The translations under genes and the position numbers were made by a program. The notes beneath the pieces were generated by a model. That model was not told the origin of the DNA. It saw only the letters and a list, made by a program, of their open reading frames with translations, and searched no databases. This document shows positions 39,401 through 52,853 of a stretch of 64,000 nucleotides of DNA, one piece after another (position 1 is the first letter of the stretch; each line of letters begins with the position of its first letter). Source of the DNA: Iphione sp. A-MEVVRFRX5. Lineage: Eukaryota. The stretch covers positions 39,432,001 to 39,496,000 of the forward strand of contig OZ320322.1 of assembly GCA_976226885.1 (NCBI GenBank), given 5' to 3'.

Positions 39401-42400
39401 CATATTCCGCTCACACGCCCCCCCAGGAAGCCCCAACTTTGGTTGCCATAAAGTTTGTTTATGTTCTTCGTGACTCTCTTTGTCTTCGAGCCGGTCCAGA
39501 CGTCTTACCCAGTATCCAGGTCCCCATGTTATCATCCGCACTGCCATCCGACCCCCTGTCCTTCGCCTCCCTTGGCCCCACCCCAGCCTCCCCGGGGTTG
39601 GCCTACTGCGTCACAGACGACGTCAGCATGACGTGCTATGACAGTGATGACGTAGGTTGCCCTGGTTGCTTTATTAGCTTCACAATATGTCTCTGGAGAT
39701 GGCGTGTCTCTAGGCAGGCCGGCGGTGGCGCTGGCGACCGTAATGTCATTGTACGGTGGTGGGAAGGCGCGGCTTTAAGCCCCGTCATAGCTTCATTACT
39801 GGGCCTACCCCACCGTACCTCCAGCCCCATCTCAGCCCACTAACCAACTAGCCATGTCAGCACAATTTTAGGCCGTCGCCTCTTTCAGCGCAGGCCATCG
39901 TCACAAACTTCAATATAAACAGCACTAAGGCGCCATCAAAGGCGCTGAGGTCATACAATTTGCACAGCCCTTTCTTGTAAGATGTTTCTCCAAGGGAAGA
40001 ATAGTAATAGATTAAGGATCACATTGTTGTTGCTCGAAAGGCTAAGCAAGCTCAAGGGAGTGAATTTTGTAGTAAATCAGGGTTCAAAACCGTTAAACTT
40101 AACACAGATACCCTTCTCGCACAGAGAAGCAAACCTATGCTATATTGTTTGGACAGATACCTTGCCTCATATGAATAAGAAGAAAACGCATCAGAGGACG
40201 TGGTCTAATTAAGTAGGAATGTCATTTCGATGAACATGTGAGGCTGAAATGATACTTCTGATGGAAACGTAAATGAGAAATCCTGGCCGCCTGATATTAA
40301 GTATGAGAATTCTGTTGAGTGGATGCATAGCACACGTGATTCTGTGTTGAGATTGCTCATAGGTAGTTCCTTGTAAGGTCCACATCTTTCTTTGAACTGT
40401 GTTGGAGGTAAAGCTGATACTGGTATGACTCATTCTAATTAAATCGTCCTCTGGGGGTGTTCATATGTATGTGAATGAAAAATCCGGCCCCGTGTGTAGA
40501 CACTGACAAACCCCCTCCCCCCCCTGCAGTGTTCATTAGTTATTATCTCCATATGGTCTACAGCTGCCTTCGACCATTGAGTTCTATAAGTGTCCGGACC
40601 AAACCCGTCCCAAACAGTTTAACATCCACACCTGTTTGCAATTGCAGATTTATCCGCATACACGTGAACAATGCCAATAGTCAAGTGAAGGCTGGCAAAA
40701 TATATGTACCCGTCTGCGGGTGCGGCGCAGATAAATCCTGACGCATGTGAAAGTCGCCGATTTTCAGTGAACGGCCAAATACTCGATATTCCAACTTTAC
40801 ACTTTGTAAATAGAGTGTTCCCTTTTGTTATTTGCAATACATGTACAGATCTGTCCATGCAACTAGTTTTGTAATTAGCAACTGCTTGTTATCTATTAGA
40901 TGATTGCTAGGCGTATCTCATAGAAAGGTGATGAATTTAGATTAATTCTCTGCCTTGTGCTCACTGAGTAAACGTGCGCCGTTTTTTTCGCAATATGCCC
41001 CACAAACAACATCTGTAAGCAGGCCATAGCGACAAGAAATACAAAAAAACGAGGATGAGAACAAGGAAGCAAGGGCGATGTTTATTAGGGACAAATCTGC
41101 CAGGATGAGTAGTTGATTAAGCCTGGAGTGTAGGAATATTTGGCGAGACTGTATCAGATATTGCCTGCCTGAGGTGGCCAGCGCCATGAATCATTTCTAC
41201 CCAATATGTGCCCAGATTGGCTTTAGCGAGATGAATGATGCGATGACACCGTTTTCGTGTGCCTCAATCAACGGGCAATAGGAATAGGTAGCGAGGCAGT
41301 CCTGCCTTGATGCCACAGCCACTGGCCAGTGTTTGAGGGCCAGCAGGGCCTGCCGCCCAGACGGCCTGGTGGTCATGGCGGCCGACTTCTCATCACACCC
41401 ATCTACCCACCCACCCACCCGCCCACCCACTCGTTAACCCACCACGGCTGCCCTGCTGTCCTCCTGTGACACTGCCGTGTCAATACCCAGCGCCCGCATA
41501 TCCTACTACCCAGCTTCTCACTTATCATTGCAATGTCCGAAAGTCAACACCCACCCACCCGTCTCTATAACAATGCCCATCGCCATACCGTATTCGCTGT
41601 CGCGAGACTGTCCATTGGCATCTTGCATCCATATAAAATTCATTATTTTGACCTCGTTTCTTATCACCTCATACCATCTTATTATCCCATTCAGTTATTA
41701 CTTGGCACTGGATAATCTGAAAAAGAATCCGCTGTATCAAAACACGCTTGCCAGGCTGAGGGATGGAATGAAACTATTCAAATCCAATTGAGATCTCTAC
41801 TATTGCAGCCCAGTGTGCAATACCAACAACCTAAGCTGTTCAAGGTTCCGTATCATGCTTGCTAAATTTCATTTCAACAAAAAGTTGTTGTTTTCCTCTA
41901 CTCAGTATCTAGATGCCAAGCTGATAATCCCATATTACATGCAAGTCATATAAGAATAACCTCTTACTGTAGGAAATAACTGCCCATTAGGCCTACTACC
42001 GATCAACAATGAATGCTCCATATAATTATGTGGGTATATATTATATATATTTTACTCCGTATTGTATAGAAAGGCTTAGCTCCAACCCTGCCTCCGGCTC
42101 TACAACATACAGCTCCCGGTCCTATCCTGGTCAATAGGTAATTCCTCTATCATGCCTAGTCAATTGCTTTCTAGTGTTATCCGAACATTTTAAGCTCGGC
42201 TCAGTGAGTGCAATATTCGACCGACCTAATTCATGTAGAACTGAACTTGTTCACCCATAACTACCTTCCCAATGCTTGCCGGCATTCCTCTCCGCGGCCT
42301 AATTCTCCATTCCCCCCCCCCTCTTACTTCCCAGGTGTTTCCTATGCTCGTCGTTGTATTAGCCGGTGCCGTCGCCGCTTGAACCCTGCTACTCTAGCCC

Positions 42401-44577
42401 GGATGGAAGCCATCATCCCACCGTCGGCCACGTTCACCATGCAATGGCGGGACGATGGCTCCCAGGAGACGGTGGTGGCATCCATCGTACGGCATTCTGA
42501 TTTCCTTCAGATTGGATGATTGCTTGTCACTGTGTGACACTTTGCACCTTCATCATGCAGCCACCAATGGACGTCTTCAGCTTCCTGATGTTCAGTATTC
42601 CCTCCTCCCTTCCCCTCCCCCTTCCCCGATCGCCCGCCCCCCCCCCTCCAACTCCCCCCAATATACCCCATCAGTGTGCAGATGGTGGTCCACCGAGAGG
42701 CCCCCACTGGACACGACCCAGGCTTGGCGGTCACTGACACCCCCGGCCTCTTCCAACGGCGCCAATCAATGCAATCAGCTTCTCCAGGCGCCGCTTTGCT
42801 TGTTTCTCGTCCCCAAAGATCAGATACATTCAGGCTCATGCATGGGTAAAAAGCGGCCCAAACTTATCACTTGTAATATTGAACCGATCACAATGCCATG
42901 CTTCGGATGTACCCAGGTCCACGCCCGGGCTGCCTGTCCACGATGGAATGAAGACGAAATGATACAGTTGGCTTAGTCGGCCTCTCTTGTCTGGATAAGT
43001 TAATCAATCTGTATTTTCCAGCCGGCGGTTTGTAGCGTTGCTCACAATAATAAGTGAAATTCTCGTTCGTTAGTACTTGTCCAAGTTGTAACTGTCAAAT
43101 ACTCACACAGAAGTCAAATGAGCGTTTTTGTACTTGTGTTTTCTAAAAAAAAATATATCTCTTCTTTACACTGAAGCTCTCAAAGTCGTACGATTTTTTT
43201 AATGTGGACATTAATAGCTGAACGATTTAGGCGGACACGCACAAAAAAAGGTTAGTGACGTATAATAACTTTTTAAAGTTATTACCTACGTTGTTTGTCT
43301 ACATATAAAGCGTGAAATGACGTCCTCTAAATCATGCGTAACCTGCTTTGAGACAGATCCTGTCATCCGACATCAGTTGATCCTAGTATGACATAACAGG
43401 GGCTAAATATGGACTGATGACAACGCCCTGGAAATAATTGTGGTTAGCGCAATCATCAAGGCCGAAGACGAAGTCGACGTCAATGAGCCAGTTTAATATT
43501 GACATTTTATCGTTAAGTAATCTGCATATACGACAAAGCGGATAGCAAAATTAAGAGAATGCTTTCAAAATATAAGGGTTGCGGAACATGGAATTACCAT
43601 TCTTGTTATCTATTATTTCCTGTGTTCCGGTCGATCGATCTTACAGTCACTAGCTATGGTTTGCAAGTTTGATGTTTCATTTTGATCTTAAATGTACTTT
43701 AAACCAAGTTCAATATGGCTATTGAGGGTCTTTAGCACACATAACTAAGTCATCCTTGAGCGGTATACAGACAAACGGTATTTACCTGAGTACTCAGATA
43801 AAGGTCTATTTATTTTAATTATGTCTGCAAGTTGCAACTTAATGTTCTAGTCGAATGGGAATGTAAGGTCTCAAGGTAGATAATGTATATTCATATAACT
43901 GCACTCTTTATTTATTATATAGAACAGGGTCTAGACGCAGACATCACTGTTCATATACAAATAACTGTTCTCTGATATTTTAGGTCGCTTCATGATAAAC
44001 GAAAGAGTGCTAAGTCTCCCTAACCTCGCCCACACGGGACCCAGCTACCAGGGACAAAGCTAGATGAACCCACACAGTTAAAATAGGGTCCAGTTGGTGA
44101 CCAGCTGCCATAGCTGCCAGGCACTGTTGCTAGAAAATAAAAGTGTTGTTATGGAAGTATTGTATCATATATATTCATATATTCATTCATTTGATATCAT
44201 TTTCAATTCGTAATCTTGTCGTTATTACCAGACAGCATCAGTCATTGGTTGTTTTCTACCCATGAATACTAAAATATATCAAATTTGAATCATGTGGCGA
44301 GTCCATTAAACTTCTTACAAATATGATATAAAACCTTTCCTTAGCCAAAAATGAAGTTTGTCACAAACTTGCATAGATGAGGGACAAATTCGCATTCATT
44401 GTATAGTGAAGCAAGCTTAAATACCATCACTGAACCGCAATTATTCGAATCATAGGCTTCATTTTGTCGTCCAGGTTGAACTAACACAGTCAATAGGGAT
44501 ATCAAATCGAACTTCATATGTATCAGGAGACAATACTGTGTCCAAAATGAACAACACACCTTGGCGAAAAATATAAG

Positions 44578-44871
44578 ATGGTTGAAAATAGTGATACGAA
44601 GTTAGCATCACCACGCCAAGGGAAAACACGCGTAATATTACTGTATGTTTATAGAATCGTAAGCTATAGAGTTTACGTGTATGTGGAAATGTCTAGTAGA
44701 AACCCACTTATAGACCAATCTACCTTGGAAAAGATAAAGATCTTCAAGAGGCCAGCAAACTTACATTTGCATCATATCTGCAGCACTCTAGTCAGACGCA
44801 AAGGCGTGAACAATGATATTATTATTAAAAAGATGTTCTATCTACATATTTTATTATTTCATTTTATATGA
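44578..44871 (+). mobile_element. Possible decayed LINE RT fragment
   Basis: GKTRVIL..PLIDQSTLEKIKIFK..HLHHIC follows the spacing of LNxxKTxVI..PxxIxxxxLExVxxFK..HIxxIC. Weak. Confidence 0.22.
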
Positions 44872-47800
44872 TCAGTTTATAGGATTTATTCAACTTAGCC
44901 CATCTATGTTTGCATAAAAATGTTAAAAACGACCTTGACTTGGATACAGACGGTAACAGATGTACATATCGCTGCACTTTTTATTTACTAAATGGAATAA
45001 GGTCTAGATGCAGACTTCTATGCCTATGTAGAATCGACTGTTTTCACGTGTTCTGGGTTGTTATGAATATAATATGTCTATATGCCTTTTCCCAAAACCA
45101 CCACCGAGGAATAATCTCCCAACCATTGTAATGTCTGCCAAAGACGACAGCCATGCCTTTAGATTAAGGTATCTTATGCCCCCAAGGACTGAACCATTTC
45201 GGACCTTCTAACTACGCCCCAACCCCCCTGCACCTCCACTATATTATTCCTTGAGCTGACTGCCCACCTATATATCCCATTCTCACGTCAACCCTGCCGG
45301 GTGCCTGTTAGGGTGTTGGCAGGGTTTTGATTAAATTTTTGGCCTCCTGCAGACAGGAAGCACCTCCAGGGTATAAAATGGCTACCCAGGGGTTGTCGCA
45401 CCTGGAGGCAGTTAATTGAATAAGTCAAAGAAGCACGTCAGACTAAGCTTCGTCCCACCCCCCTCAACCTCCGAGGGAGATCGTTGTACGTCACCTTTAC
45501 CTTGTATCTCGCGTCAATTCAATTCCACCCTATAGAAAAAAATAGAGGTTCCTAAGACAGGCCCAACCGCATCATCACTGATTCAATTCCATGCACGCCT
45601 CTCCTTCCACTATTCTTCCATGTCCTCACTGAATATGAGGACGAGTTTTGTAGTAGAATTGATGACTATAGTATGCACATTGTTCACTCCCAGTACGTTG
45701 TTTGGGTAGGCTTAAATTTTCGGTAGAAAGCACCCATGGACAGGATAACGTTAATGGACCTGAAACGCAGTTTGATCTGTGCACGTTTATGTCTGCTTTC
45801 CTTTTTTTAAGCATCTTATCAAATTCCATACATTATAACTACCATATTATCCTGCATCTACTGCGAATACTATATCTTTCAAGTACCGTGTTTATTCACA
45901 GTTTTATTTGTCATCATTTTAATATACCAGAATGCACGTACGAAAAAATATATTTTTATCCACCCATCTACAGGTATATAAAGGCATTAATTACTGTAGG
46001 GAGGCTGCAACTACGCATGTCTTTCGGGTTTCTCCATTAAACAAAACCATGCCTCATCATCACCCACTCAAAAGACAGCAATAAAGTTTGTAACCTTCAT
46101 CTATTTTTTTTACTGCAGACCTTCAAGTGGCACTTCTCTACAAAAGTCTTAGCAGTCTCCTTATTCTCTTCTCTTTTGTTCTCTTTTCGTTGAGTTGCAA
46201 GCGACCGGCAGTATACAGTAATCGATAGTTGGCCTAGAAATCCCCAGGAGGGCCGGTGGGGCCCTCCTGGGAGGCCTGCCTCCAGGAGAGCCGTCACGAT
46301 AGGTTTGGGCCTCCAGACTACAAATCACAGTCCATTCTGCTGCCTTCATTGGGGAGGAGGCTTCTCCTGCTGTAACGCCATCTGGGTGGGAAGCATCTGA
46401 GGAAGTTCGGGCGCAAAGTGCGAGCACCGCCTCTTGCAAACCTGACCAAATGTATTACTCTGTCGTAAACGTTCCCATCGTCGAGTCGATGTATACTGAG
46501 CGTGACCTCTGTAATGAGAATTCAACTTGACGTATGTGTCTTTTCTAACCTGAAGAGAACTTTTTTTTCGTTCTAAAGGTTTGAAATGAGTTTTTCTTTG
46601 CTCAGAAGATTTGAACTGATTTATTCCTGCTTTTATTTTTGCAGAGTCTACTGGATTTACGTTGGATATATCACATGGAAAAGGTAGGTCCATTATGCCC
46701 TAAGTACTCCACTTCGTTTGAATAATGGTGTCGTATTTGCTTCCACTGGCTTTATCACATCCCAAAGCGATTAATTAGTGCTAGGTTAAATGGCTAGATC
46801 GGACGGTGTCACTTGCTCTGCGAAGGAGGAGACTGTTTTGGACTTCGTGATAGCGACCATGGCCCTATAGCCTTTATTCGAATCCAGACACATAAGTCGC
46901 CGCCTTGTATGGAAGGCCTCAAGCCTTGCGGTAGCCCCAGGTCAGCCTGCATCTCTCATCTATTCATTACGTGGTTTCTGCCCGCCATATCCACCAATTA
47001 TCCGCCTATCTAGCGCGGGTGTCACCGCTCGCCGCCTGACCCGCTCGCCGCCTCCATCACCCCTATTATCACCCAGCTCTAGGTGGCGTGGCGATAGCTG
47101 CCGGGATCATACGTCACACGGGCAGTTTCGTGACAACCCACCATTCGTCCGCTTCGCAAATGACTGTGTCTTTCCACCCGCGCGTAATTGAATAGTTTCT
47201 TAGTGCTCCTGCGGTCGCTTTGATATTCTAATACCCATCAGACAAAAAAAATTCTTTTCGTCCCCATCTCCCTCTGCTTCCAGCCATGCCCTCCCAATCT
47301 CCAATGGTGCGGCTGTGGCTGAGTGCCTGCGGAACGCATGTTTTTTTTTTTGTTTGCTTTTATTTTCGGTCGGAAGGACCTCGTGTCACAGCGCGACAAT
47401 GGACGCGAGCAGGCGGATTTACTTCGTATTTGCAAGTGTAATGTAGCCAAATAAATGGAGACCGCAGCCCATTCGGCTCCGGGGGCTACTTAGGTCGGCT
47501 TTGGTGGTTGTCAAAAGACGAGGACGGGCACGACAGATAGGCGGCCGTCTGTGGTCGGCCGGGGTGGGCGGGACGCCGGGCGCAGAGAGCGCCTCCATGT
47601 GGCCATGTCTCCGGCCGACAAGCGGCTGATGTCAGGCTCTTCGATGGGAGGAGGGAGATTTCATGGGAAGGAGGGGGGGGGGGAGGTTCGGTGGTGATGG
47701 GTGAGGGTCGGTGGGTAGACCGCTACGACACGTATGCCTAGGAGACCAGGGGTGTTGGTAGATGTAGACAGATAGACTGCCAGAGAGGACCAGTATGAGG

Positions 47801-48883
47801 CAAGAGCAAGAGCAGCATGGGGGCTACGAGGGGTAACAGGAGGAGAAGAGCAGGAAGGCGCCTGTCCAGGTAGAAGTGCAATGGATGGGGGATGGGGGCG
47901 GAGGCGACGACGTCTGGCCGTCCGCACCCGTTGTGGGCAAACATTATAACAGGGCAATGACCTTGGAGTGCTGGTCACGCTGGTATTGGAGGGCTGAGCA
48001 TGGTGAAGTCGATGAGAGGGAGGGGGCAGTGCTTGTGGTTGGAGAGACTGGAATCTCACTGGGTCTGGCGCCGGTACGAGGACTTTCAGTGCCAATGCTA
48101 CTACAGTGGCACCCGACCAAGCATCAACACATACTGTATCCAACGCCGTCAATGTTATATGGTGCCAGACTATATACACGTCTCCACCACGACATCCAAT
48201 TTGTATTTAATCAGCTCATATTGGCCCTCTTCATCGTGTTGACAATGTCCCGGTAGAAGTGGATTAAGTGCCACATGTTATTAAGTCGCGAGTAACTGCC
48301 ACTATTTAGAGGGTGGGTGCGGCAATTCTCTAGACTGCATTCAATGTAGCCTCACATTTGTCAAAATGTCCAGGCACACGTATATATAAGGAAAAATGAT
48401 GGACTGAGATCTAATCTGATAGCGTCATCAATGTAGTGCAAAACCCCATTATTCTCGCAATTCATTCTTAAAATTAATAATATGTTGCCCGGGAACTCTG
48501 AATTCCAAGAAAGTGCTGAATATGACGAAGAACTGATAGTAATGTCAGTATCAGTTCCGCCGTAACCATGAACAGTGTGGTAGTAGGTGTATTCATTATG
48601 CGTTATGTACAAAGACTACAACAGCATAAGGCCTAGAAAATAATATGTTTCCAATAACCCGACCGACCGCGAATCCTGACTGCTTGGAGAATTCTATTTT
48701 ATTATTTTGTGAATATCTTTTGACTGAATAATGATATAGACTTATGCAACATAACATCGTTTTTCTTACATCGCTACCTTTTATTTGGTATATGTTTGAT
48801 TAAGATCCAAGCAGTACAAGTGACATTACCATTATACCGTTGTTGCTTTCAGGGTCAAGGAACAGTGAAAAAATACCACTTAC

Positions 48884-48913
48884 CTATCAACCCAGTAGTT
48901 TTTCAGAATGTTA
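48884..48913 (-). CDS. Candidate 30-nt micro-exon
   Basis: Acceptor TGTGTGTTTTCAG and donor AG|GTAAGT; open frame NILKNYWVD. Splice signals are the only support. Confidence 0.18.
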
Positions 48914-50008
48914 CTGAAAACACATAATTTTTTTAGGCCTAACGGATGTTGAGAGAATTCCGGTTTAGTTAAATTGCATTTCTGATTATACTTTATAATT
49001 TGCATCAGGAAAATGAAAATGAGACAAACAATTGCCAAAACCACTGCAGAGCGGAGGCAGAGCTGATATGCAGATACATAATTTATTTGGAATAGTGTTT
49101 GAATCATATGCCAATGTTCCTGAAAGGATAACGCATAGGAGCAAGGTACAACATTTATCCGACGCTCTCTGAGCGCATAACGAGAGCAATAACCAATCCA
49201 AACTTAGCAATTAAACTCTTATTTGTAGAACTGATGATAGCACCGCAGAGCTGATCCAGCTACCATTGCCGTATTGACAGAACACTGCCTGCTATTGACA
49301 GAGTAATAAGGTTGTCACATGCAGAAGCAGATACCGTTACTGTGTTGCCATTGTCAATATCCTGTCACTTCCACAACGTGTCGCCTGGATGCTGCATCAG
49401 CCCAGTTATGTCATCGTCCTTTATCGGGAATAAGCACTGTCGTATTAACAATGAGCAACTGCCACATGTGTGCAGTTGAGCTCGTTCTGAGGCTCATTTG
49501 TTGAACATTGACATTTTCAAAGATTGTCTTGTGAACATGCATGGTTCATCTTGACAAGCGTACATCTTCCCTGGTATTCTGTATCTTAATTTTAAATTTA
49601 GTCCTGCGGGTACACGACAACGTACACGGTCATTCGACCAAAATCGATTAGTCACTGACAGCTGTAGCGCAGGCATACATTACGTTTCAGCTTATTTAGA
49701 ATACACGTACCTCTTGCCGTTTACATGGCATAAACTTAGCCGCAAAGGCCGTTCATGACAACGTGCATTTCTTTGGTTCCATGACGACCGGGACGGGGAT
49801 ACAAGGTGAAGGGGCCGCCACGGCAGTGGTCTCTGTGGTCAGTGGCGGGCAGTTGACGGCATTTGGACCTGCCAAACCTGTTTTGTGAGGGCATCCATTG
49901 CAGAATGAGAAAAATGGAGAGTGGTATGGGCAATGATTGGAGGAAATGGTGGAGAAAAATGGATGGCAGAGACAGAGAGGGAGGGAGAGAGATAACAGTA
50001 AAGGAAGT

Positions 50009-50014
<6 letters not shown>

Positions 50015-50048
<34 letters not shown>
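50015..50048. repeat. (AG)17 microsatellite
   Basis: Uninterrupted AG run. Confidence 0.97.
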
Positions 50049-50051
<3 letters not shown>

Positions 50052-50492
50052 ATTTCTGTGACATGTAACGTGTCTAATGTAATATAAGTGCATATAACGT
50101 GTAAGTTGACGCATGTCTGTCTTGCATCCTCTATGTCGATGTATCTTGGCTGTCATTTTTGCCACTGAATGCAAATATCTTATAAGAAGTCTCAATAATA
50201 TGGATTATTTGTCATCTCAAATTATTCATGGTGCCTATCACAAACTATACAAACATCTATGACGTAGGTGTGAAATACAGCAGGTGTTAAGATTTGTTAA
50301 GGAAATAAATGTATGCGGTATTTTGCAAACTTCTCCTAATGAAGAAAAATAGAATGAACGATGCATGCCATGCTTGCTATTGATAGAAATAATATATTAT
50401 TTGATGGAATGGTAGAGCTAGTACGATTACTAGAAAATGCTACCTGGAGTTCAACGGAGATATGCCTGAACACAAGAAGGTTAATATGGCTG

Positions 50493-50537
50493 GACAGAGC
50501 CAAAAAGCGGTACATATGACAGAGCCAAAAAGCGGTA
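50493..50537 (+). repeat. 20-bp perfect direct repeat, period 25
   Basis: GACAGAGCCAAAAAGCGGTA at 50493-50512 and 50518-50537. Confidence 0.95.
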
Positions 50538-50562
50538 TAGTCGTACAGGGGATCCAGACAAA

Positions 50563-50564
<2 letters not shown>

Positions 50565-50630
<66 letters not shown>
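50565..50630. repeat. (GA)33 microsatellite
   Basis: Uninterrupted GA run of 66 bp. Confidence 0.97.
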
Positions 50631-50635
<5 letters not shown>

Positions 50636-50849
50636 AAAACAGACAGACAAACAAAGTGATAGAGGGGAATGGAGCGAGCAAGAAAGAAAGGAGACGAGGG
50701 AAGCGGGCATGGAGACAGTGAGAGAGGAAGAGAGGTGGGTTTTATCGCTCATCGGTACCGCAATACTCAGTGACATATGAGTTGCCGTAGCCTAGGAACA
50801 GTAACCTCTAATCAGAGGCAACAAAAACCAAGCGATCAAATAGAGATGA

Positions 50850-51150
50850 TTACTGCGGGGGGGCTCTTTGGACCTCCGCTACCTCCGCTTGGGATCCCGA
50901 CATTATACGTCACCGGATAGCGAGAGGAGAGCAGCGGGAGGTGCAGCGGACGCGTGTAGCCGTCGGGTAGGGCCACGTGATGCCTCCATAAATTTACCGC
51001 CCGGAAGTCGTCAGCCGACCGATGGTGGCAGGCGCTCGTCGCCGCTCTCCCTCACCGCCCGCCCCCTTCTCCTCCAACCGCCGCACGACCGCCAGTCCCA
51101 TACTTCCTCCTCGTTCTCAGCCTGGCCGCACACACCTCACTCACAATCAA
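50850..51150 (+). promoter_or_regulatory. CpG-rich promoter-like island
   Basis: CACGTG (50974-50979), CCGGAAGT (51001-51008), dense CpG; flanked by GA microsatellites. Confidence 0.35.
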
Positions 51151-51379
51151 GTAGGGCCTGAAACGCTCTACCTTCTACTACGCCTCTTTCTACCCACCGA
51201 GGAATTTGTGCTCAGCACAATCCTACCTGTCATGAGCATATATCTACGTCATAATCACTTACACTGCATACCAGGCTACTTTTAATTGCATATGTTTCAT
51301 GCCTTGTTCTGCCGCTCCCTGTTTAACCTCTACGGCACACTTCGTGGCGGCTCTCACGTCTCTGTATCTTCAGTATACT

Positions 51380-51640
51380 GGCTTGCGTCGACCTTCTCAT
51401 GCTAATAATATACTGACTGTCGCTCCTGTATATCCACCCAGGCTAACCCCTTACAGTCTCCTGGTAGGCGCACTTGTGTTACACCACACCTGTTATCAGG
51501 TTTTACCCATCACCCAAATATGTCCTTGGCAATGTTTTCGTTCCTCCATTCGGATCCTGTGCAAGTCCCTTCCTGCCTCTATATCAATGACCTCGGATTG
51601 CCTCTATGCTGCTTGCGTTCCCTACCTTACCCAAGATGGC
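51380..51640 (+). mobile_element. Decayed LINE RT core fragment
   Basis: GSCASPFL then, after a 1-nt shift, LYINDL (51577-51594), matching GSxLxPxLFxLYINDL. A degenerate LYAA follows where YADD is expected, at shorter than normal spacing. Confidence 0.35.
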
Positions 51641-52776
51641 CTGGTACCACCCCTTAACGTTAGCTCCTGCGTCCCCTGTGGCCCACCTATACTTGTCTCA
51701 CTTCAAGCACCCACCCCATTTGCCCTCCCTTAATACATGACTCCTGTCCCCATGTATTGCCTGCCCAATGCCTGCCACCAGAAGGTCATGAGTAGACATT
51801 ACAGCTAGCTGCTCAGCTCTACTACCGCTGAGTTGTCCCGGCTCGGCGGTTTGGCTGAAATTAACACTTGGCAGCCTCTCTGTTACCTTTGCTACCATTC
51901 CTCACTGGTTGGACCAAGTGCCTCTGAAGGCCATTTGATACCTGCCAGAGGCCTTTTACTGCTCTGACTAAAGGTCATTAAGGAGGCTTCGATTCCATGT
52001 CCTGTTTACACAGCTTGTTGATACTGAATGATTGTTAACTGCTGGTGAACAAGGTATAAAAAGGAATTGTCCCGGGGAAAATTGACAAATACCTTATGTA
52101 CGAACATAATGTGAAACATCACTGAAAGTTGCATATAAAAAACGAAACTCTATTTGCTACTTTTACTTTTAAGTATCAATATAAAATGTCCTTAATAAAG
52201 TTTGACACTTCAGTTACATAAGCAATTAAATATTAAAGATGAGCCAAAAAGTGGAGACCCAAAAAACGTTTTGAAAGAGAAACTTTCCTTGATAGAACCT
52301 GGGACGACAAGGCGATCATCCAGTGATTTATTAAAACAGAGCAGGTATGTTGAAATATACGTGTGCATCATGCCTGAAAACAGGTTCCTCCAAAGATCTT
52401 AGTAGCCTGTATTTTTCCATACTCACATACACACTCTTTGGACAAACAAGACAGTCGGTGTGGTACCAAAACAAATAACCTTTCTAGCCTATGTGGACTG
52501 TGGTTGCCTATTATCAATAGGTACCAATGAGTCTTTATCTATATGGTGCCCATTGGCCTATTTGTTACCAAAGGTCTGGCAAAGTAAGACCTGGTTATTA
52601 TTGTTGTTAAAGACACACAAGCAAAAGGCATCGATAAAAGGGAGAGAGAGATAGAGGCCGGGAAATGATACTGCCGGCAGGCTACACAGGGAAAGGTCAG
52701 TGAGATGATAGCGATATGAGTACATAGGCAAAACGATAGAGGGTTGGGCACAAACAAGAACAGAGAATCCACTGGA

Positions 52777-52777
52777 T

Positions 52778-52843
<66 letters not shown>

Positions 52844-52853
52844 TGAGAGAGAG
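52777..52853. repeat. Imperfect (GA)n microsatellite
   Basis: Pure run 52784-52828 with interrupted flanks. Confidence 0.95.
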
